From: Rubrivivax sp.
GTDB lineage: Bacteria > Pseudomonadota > Gammaproteobacteria > Burkholderiales > Burkholderiaceae_C
DNA: 40,842 nt
Assembly (NCBI GenBank): GCA_040007675.1
Contig: JBDTUO010000001.1
Span: forward strand, 1 to 40,842
Reading direction: 5' to 3'
In this document: positions 37,869 to 40,842 of the stretch, one piece after another
How the letters are laid out: the number at the start of each line of letters is the position of its first letter
How positions within the stretch are numbered: position 1 is the stretch's first letter
The notes under the pieces: generated by a model
The model's database searches: none
What the model was told of the DNA's origin: nothing
Seen by the model: only the letters and a program-made list of their open reading frames with translations
Made by a program: the position numbers and the translations under genes

Positions 37869-37886
37869 GATTACAAACTTGTCATC
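37869..37886. promoter_or_regulatory. CusR/CopR box
   Basis: GATTACAAACTTGTCATC (reverse complement GATGACAAGTTTGTAATC), an imperfect palindrome matching the ATGACA-N4-TGT(A/C)AT cop/cus box, between the regulator and the divergent DUF4148 gene. Confidence 0.72.
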
Positions 37887-38025
37887 CTGATGTTCGGTGC
37901 CGGTCACTCTGGGCAGCGAAAGTGGAGTTGTGGACGGCGTCAGACCGGCCACCGAGATCACCGAACCACCGAACCACCCAGAAGACACCTGCCTCCGTTT
38001 TCACCCCCAACCCCAAGGAACCACC

Positions 38026-38376
38026 ATGACCACCACCCGCACGCTGATCGCCCTCGCCACGTTCACCTTCGCCGCCGGCTCGGCCTTCGCCCAGGAGGCG
38101 ACTTCCGACGCCTGGATGCACGCCAGCGCCACCAAGACGCGCGCCCAGGTGCAAGCCGAACTGGTCCAGGCCCGTGCCGACGGCAGCATCAAGGCCGTCA
38201 GTGCCGGCTACACCGAAAAGCTGGTCAGCAGCCACCCGCGCGCCGATGTCGCGGCCGCCGCCGCACAGGCCCTGCGCAGCGGTGAAATCGACCGCCTGAA
38301 CGCGGAAGCGTATTCCTTCCAACGCCCCGCTGGCGAGCCTGCGGCTGGGCTGCGCGTGGCCCAGTCCAAGAACTGA
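38026..38376 (+). CDS. DUF4148-like small periplasmic protein
   Basis: AAGGA RBS; signal peptide AFA; KTRAQVQAELVQARADG motif and a degenerate second copy (PRADVAAAAAQALRSG). Confidence 0.8.
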   Translation: MTTTRTLIALATFTFAAGSAFAQEATSDAWMHASATKTRAQVQAELVQARADGSIKAVSAGYTEKLVSSHPRADVAAAAAQALRSGEIDRLNAEAYSFQRPAGEPAAGLRVAQSKN

Positions 38377-38418
38377 CGCTTCGCGCCGACCGGGCCGGCC
38401 TATCGCCGGCGGTTGATC

Positions 38419-38442
38419 GGGGTCGCGCCAGCGCGCGACCCC
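38419..38442. terminator. GC-rich hairpin downstream of the DUF4148 gene
   Basis: GGGGTCGCGC-CAGC-GCGCGACCCC, a perfect 10-bp stem without a U-tract. Confidence 0.3.
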
Positions 38443-38480
38443 ATCGCGCTGTCCCCGGGCGTTCCGGGCTAAATTCGGGC

Positions 38481-40769
38481 ATGGGCATCCGCTCACTGGC
38501 CGCCGACCTCCTGCCGAATGCGCTGCAGGGATTGCAGCGCGTCGGATTCGCGTCCACGACGACCGCGGATCCGGCCGCCGCCGGGTCGTTCGACGACCTC
38601 ACGTCTCGCCTGTCCTACCTGTCCAAGCCCGATCTCAGGCTGGTCCGAGAAGCCTACAAGTTCGCCGACGAGGCGCACCTCGGTCAATACCGCGCCGGCG
38701 GGCAGCCGTACATCACGCATCCGGTCGCGGTGGCCAGCCTGTGCGCCGAATGGCGGCTGGACGTGCAGGCCATCATGGCCGCGCTGATGCACGACACGAT
38801 CGAGGATCAGGGGGTCACGAAGACCGAGCTGATCGCGCGCTTCGGCGCGCCGACGGCCGACCTCGTCGATGGACTGACCAAGCTCGACAGGCTGAGCTTC
38901 AACACGCGCGAGGAAGGCCAGGCCGAATCGTTCCGCAAGATGCTGCTGGCGATGGCGCGCGATGTGCGCGTGATCCTCGTCAAGCTGGCTGACCGGCTTC
39001 ACAACATGCGCACGATGGGCCCGATGGCGGCCGACAAGGCGCAGCGCACCGCACGCGAGACGCTCGACATCTACGCGCCGATCGCGCACCGGCTGGGCCT
39101 CAACGAGGTCTACCGCGAGCTGCAGGACCTGTGCTTCGAGTACCTGCACCCCTGGCGGCGCACGGCGCTGGCCAAGGCGGTGCAGCGCTCGCGCGGCTAC
39201 CGGCGCGACATCGTCGAGCGCGTGCAGAACGAGGTGATCAAGGCGTTCGTCAAGCGCAAGCTTAAGGTGCAGGTCTCTGGCCGCGAGAAGACGATCTACT
39301 CGATCTACCGCAAGATGCGCGAGAAGCACGATGGCTTCGCGCAGGTCAACGACATCTTCGGCTTTCGCATCGTGCTCGGCACGCTCGACGAGTGTTATCG
39401 CGCGCTCGGCGTGCTGCACCAGCTCTACAAGCCGGTGCCGGGCCGCTTCAAGGACTACATCGCGATCCCCAAGACGAACGGCTACCAGTCGCTGCACACG
39501 ACACTCGTGAGTCCACTCGGCACGCCGGTGGAATTCCAGATCCGCACCGAAGCGATGCATGCGGTGGCCGAAAAGGGCATCGCAGCGCACTGGCTCTACA
39601 AATCGGGCGACAAGAACGGCACTGCCGCCGCCGACGCCCAGCGCCTGGGCACGATGTGGCTGCAATCGCTGCTCGACATCCAGGACGAGACGCACGACTC
39701 GACCGAGTTCCTCGAGCACGTCAAGATCGACCTGTTCCCCGACGCGGTCTACGTCTTCACACCGAAGAGCCGGATCCTGGCGTTGCCACGCGGTGCGACA
39801 CCGGTGGATTTCGCCTACGCGATCCATTCCGACGTCGGCAACCACACCGTCGCGGCCAAGGTCAACGGCGAACCGGTGGCGTTGCGCACCGAACTGCGCA
39901 GCGGCGATGTGGTCGAGGTCATCACCGCGCCCGGTGCGCGTCCGAATCCGAACTGGCTGAACATCGTGCACACCGGTCGTGCACGATCGAAGATTCGTCA
40001 CTTCCTGAAGAACCTGGAGCAGGACGAGTCGCTCGCCCTGGGCGAGAAGATGCTGTCGCAGGCGCTGCGCGCGGAAGGCCTGCGCATGCCCTCGTCCGAC
40101 CCGGGCGACGCTGACGAGGTGGCGCTGTGGCAGCAGCTCACCCGCTGGAGCGGCAACCGCACCCGGTCCGAGCTGATGGTCGACATCGGCCTCGGCCGAA
40201 AGATCGCGATCATCGTCGCCAAGCGACTGGCGGCGCTGATGGTCGAACGCGGTTCGCGCCCCGATGCCGTGACGCTGACCCTCGGGCGCTATGCGGTGGA
40301 CGACGCTGCCCCGTCGCAGAGTCTCGTGTTCGTGGACGGCAGCGAGGGCGCCTCGGTGCGTCTGGCGCCGTGCTGCCGGCCGATCCCGGGCGACACGATC
40401 GCGGGCTACCTCGGCCGCGGCGAAGGCCTGACCGTGCACACCTCCGAATGCCACGTCGGCCGGCGCCTGTTCGAGCGCGACAGCGAGCGCTGGATCCATG
40501 TGGCGTGGGCGGACGAACTGACACGTCCGTTCGAAACCGGCATCGCTGCACTGGTACGCAACGGCAAAGGGGTGCTGGCGCAGGTCGCCTCGGCAGTCAG
40601 CAGCGCCGAGGCCGACATCATCCACCTCGACATGGGACAGGAGCCGGCCGAAGACAGCACCGAGCTGCGGCTGCTGGTCAGCGTGCGCGACCGCCAGCAT
40701 CTGGCCGACGTGCTGCGCGTGCTGCGTCGCGTGCCGACGGTGCTGCGCGTCACGCGCGTGAAACCCTAG
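38481..40769 (+). CDS. spoT: Bifunctional (p)ppGpp synthetase/hydrolase
   Basis: PYITHP, ALMHDTIED (intact HD), KLADRLHNMRT, RFKDYIAIPKTNGYQSLHT, TGS domain (DFAYAIHSDVG), CCRPIPGD, C-terminal ACT domain. Confidence 0.96.
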   Translation: MGIRSLAADLLPNALQGLQRVGFASTTTADPAAAGSFDDLTSRLSYLSKPDLRLVREAYKFADEAHLGQYRAGGQPYITHPVAVASLCAEWRLDVQAIMAALMHDTIEDQGVTKTELIARFGAPTADLVDGLTKLDRLSFNTREEGQAESFRKMLLAMARDVRVILVKLADRLHNMRTMGPMAADKAQRTARETLDIYAPIAHRLGLNEVYRELQDLCFEYLHPWRRTALAKAVQRSRGYRRDIVERVQNEVIKAFVKRKLKVQVSGREKTIYSIYRKMREKHDGFAQVNDIFGFRIVLGTLDECYRALGVLHQLYKPVPGRFKDYIAIPKTNGYQSLHTTLVSPLGTPVEFQIRTEAMHAVAEKGIAAHWLYKSGDKNGTAAADAQRLGTMWLQSLLDIQDETHDSTEFLEHVKIDLFPDAVYVFTPKSRILALPRGATPVDFAYAIHSDVGNHTVAAKVNGEPVALRTELRSGDVVEVITAPGARPNPNWLNIVHTGRARSKIRHFLKNLEQDESLALGEKMLSQALRAEGLRMPSSDPGDADEVALWQQLTRWSGNRTRSELMVDIGLGRKIAIIVAKRLAALMVERGSRPDAVTLTLGRYAVDDAAPSQSLVFVDGSEGASVRLAPCCRPIPGDTIAGYLGRGEGLTVHTSECHVGRRLFERDSERWIHVAWADELTRPFETGIAALVRNGKGVLAQVASAVSSAEADIIHLDMGQEPAEDSTELRLLVSVRDRQHLADVLRVLRRVPTVLRVTRVKP

Positions 40770-40842
40770 TGCGGTGCGCTCGAGGTAATTTGACTGATGT
40801 GCCTGGCCGCTCAGGACTGCCGCTTTAGCAGCCAGTCGCCGC

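Noticed and set aside
37950-38025. Short CCGAACCA-type repeats upstream of the DUF4148 gene
   Set aside because: Only two or three degenerate copies in a C/A-rich leader; no support for a repeat element or ncRNA.
31235-40769. Functional link between HipA and nearby gmk/spoT through the stringent response
   Set aside because: The genes are separated by unrelated genes and a probable island boundary, so proximity is more simply explained by the integration site.
40766-40842. Possible IS end starting at the CTAG of the spoT stop codon
   Set aside because: Only about 75 bp are visible, with no transposase or partner inverted repeat; it could equally be the 3' end of a convergent gene.

Overview
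GC-rich DNA that looks betaproteobacterial (Burkholderiales-like; inferred from gmk/rpoZ/spoT and gene style), in four blocks. (1) 1-12477 (+): an acyl/aryl-CoA catabolic operon with the 3' end of a xanthine-dehydrogenase-family molybdoenzyme subunit, a family III CoA-transferase, a CoA ligase, a fused 3-hydroxyacyl-CoA dehydrogenase/enoyl-CoA hydratase, a TRAP transporter, a single-chain indolepyruvate:ferredoxin oxidoreductase and nnrS. The set resembles anaerobic indole-3-acetate (iaa) catabolism. (2) 12518-30660: an amine-catabolic divergon. The right arm encodes an aromatic-amine-dehydrogenase-like TTQ enzyme (mauB/E/D/A), a monoheme cytochrome c and mauMN, with no mauG or cupredoxin. The left arm encodes DUF1329, DUF1302, an RND/MMPL protein, a BNR propeller, an aldehyde dehydrogenase, a class III aminotransferase, a Tm-1-like ATP-binding protein, a HAD hydrolase and an APC permease. 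Both arms are preceded by mirror-image XylS/Pm-like promoter motifs. This block is the best candidate for an undescribed system. (3) 30860-34783: hipBA with three palindromic boxes exactly 50 bp apart, an Lrp remnant, an ornithine-cyclodeaminase-family gene, an NADPH-dependent FMN reductase and a yicC-like 3'-end scar suggesting an island boundary. (4) 34797-40769: core genes gmk, rpoZ and spoT, with a CusRS-like two-component system and a DUF4148 gene between rpoZ and spoT. No tRNA, rRNA, CRISPR array or transposase was recognised. All family calls come from motifs read by eye, not database searches.
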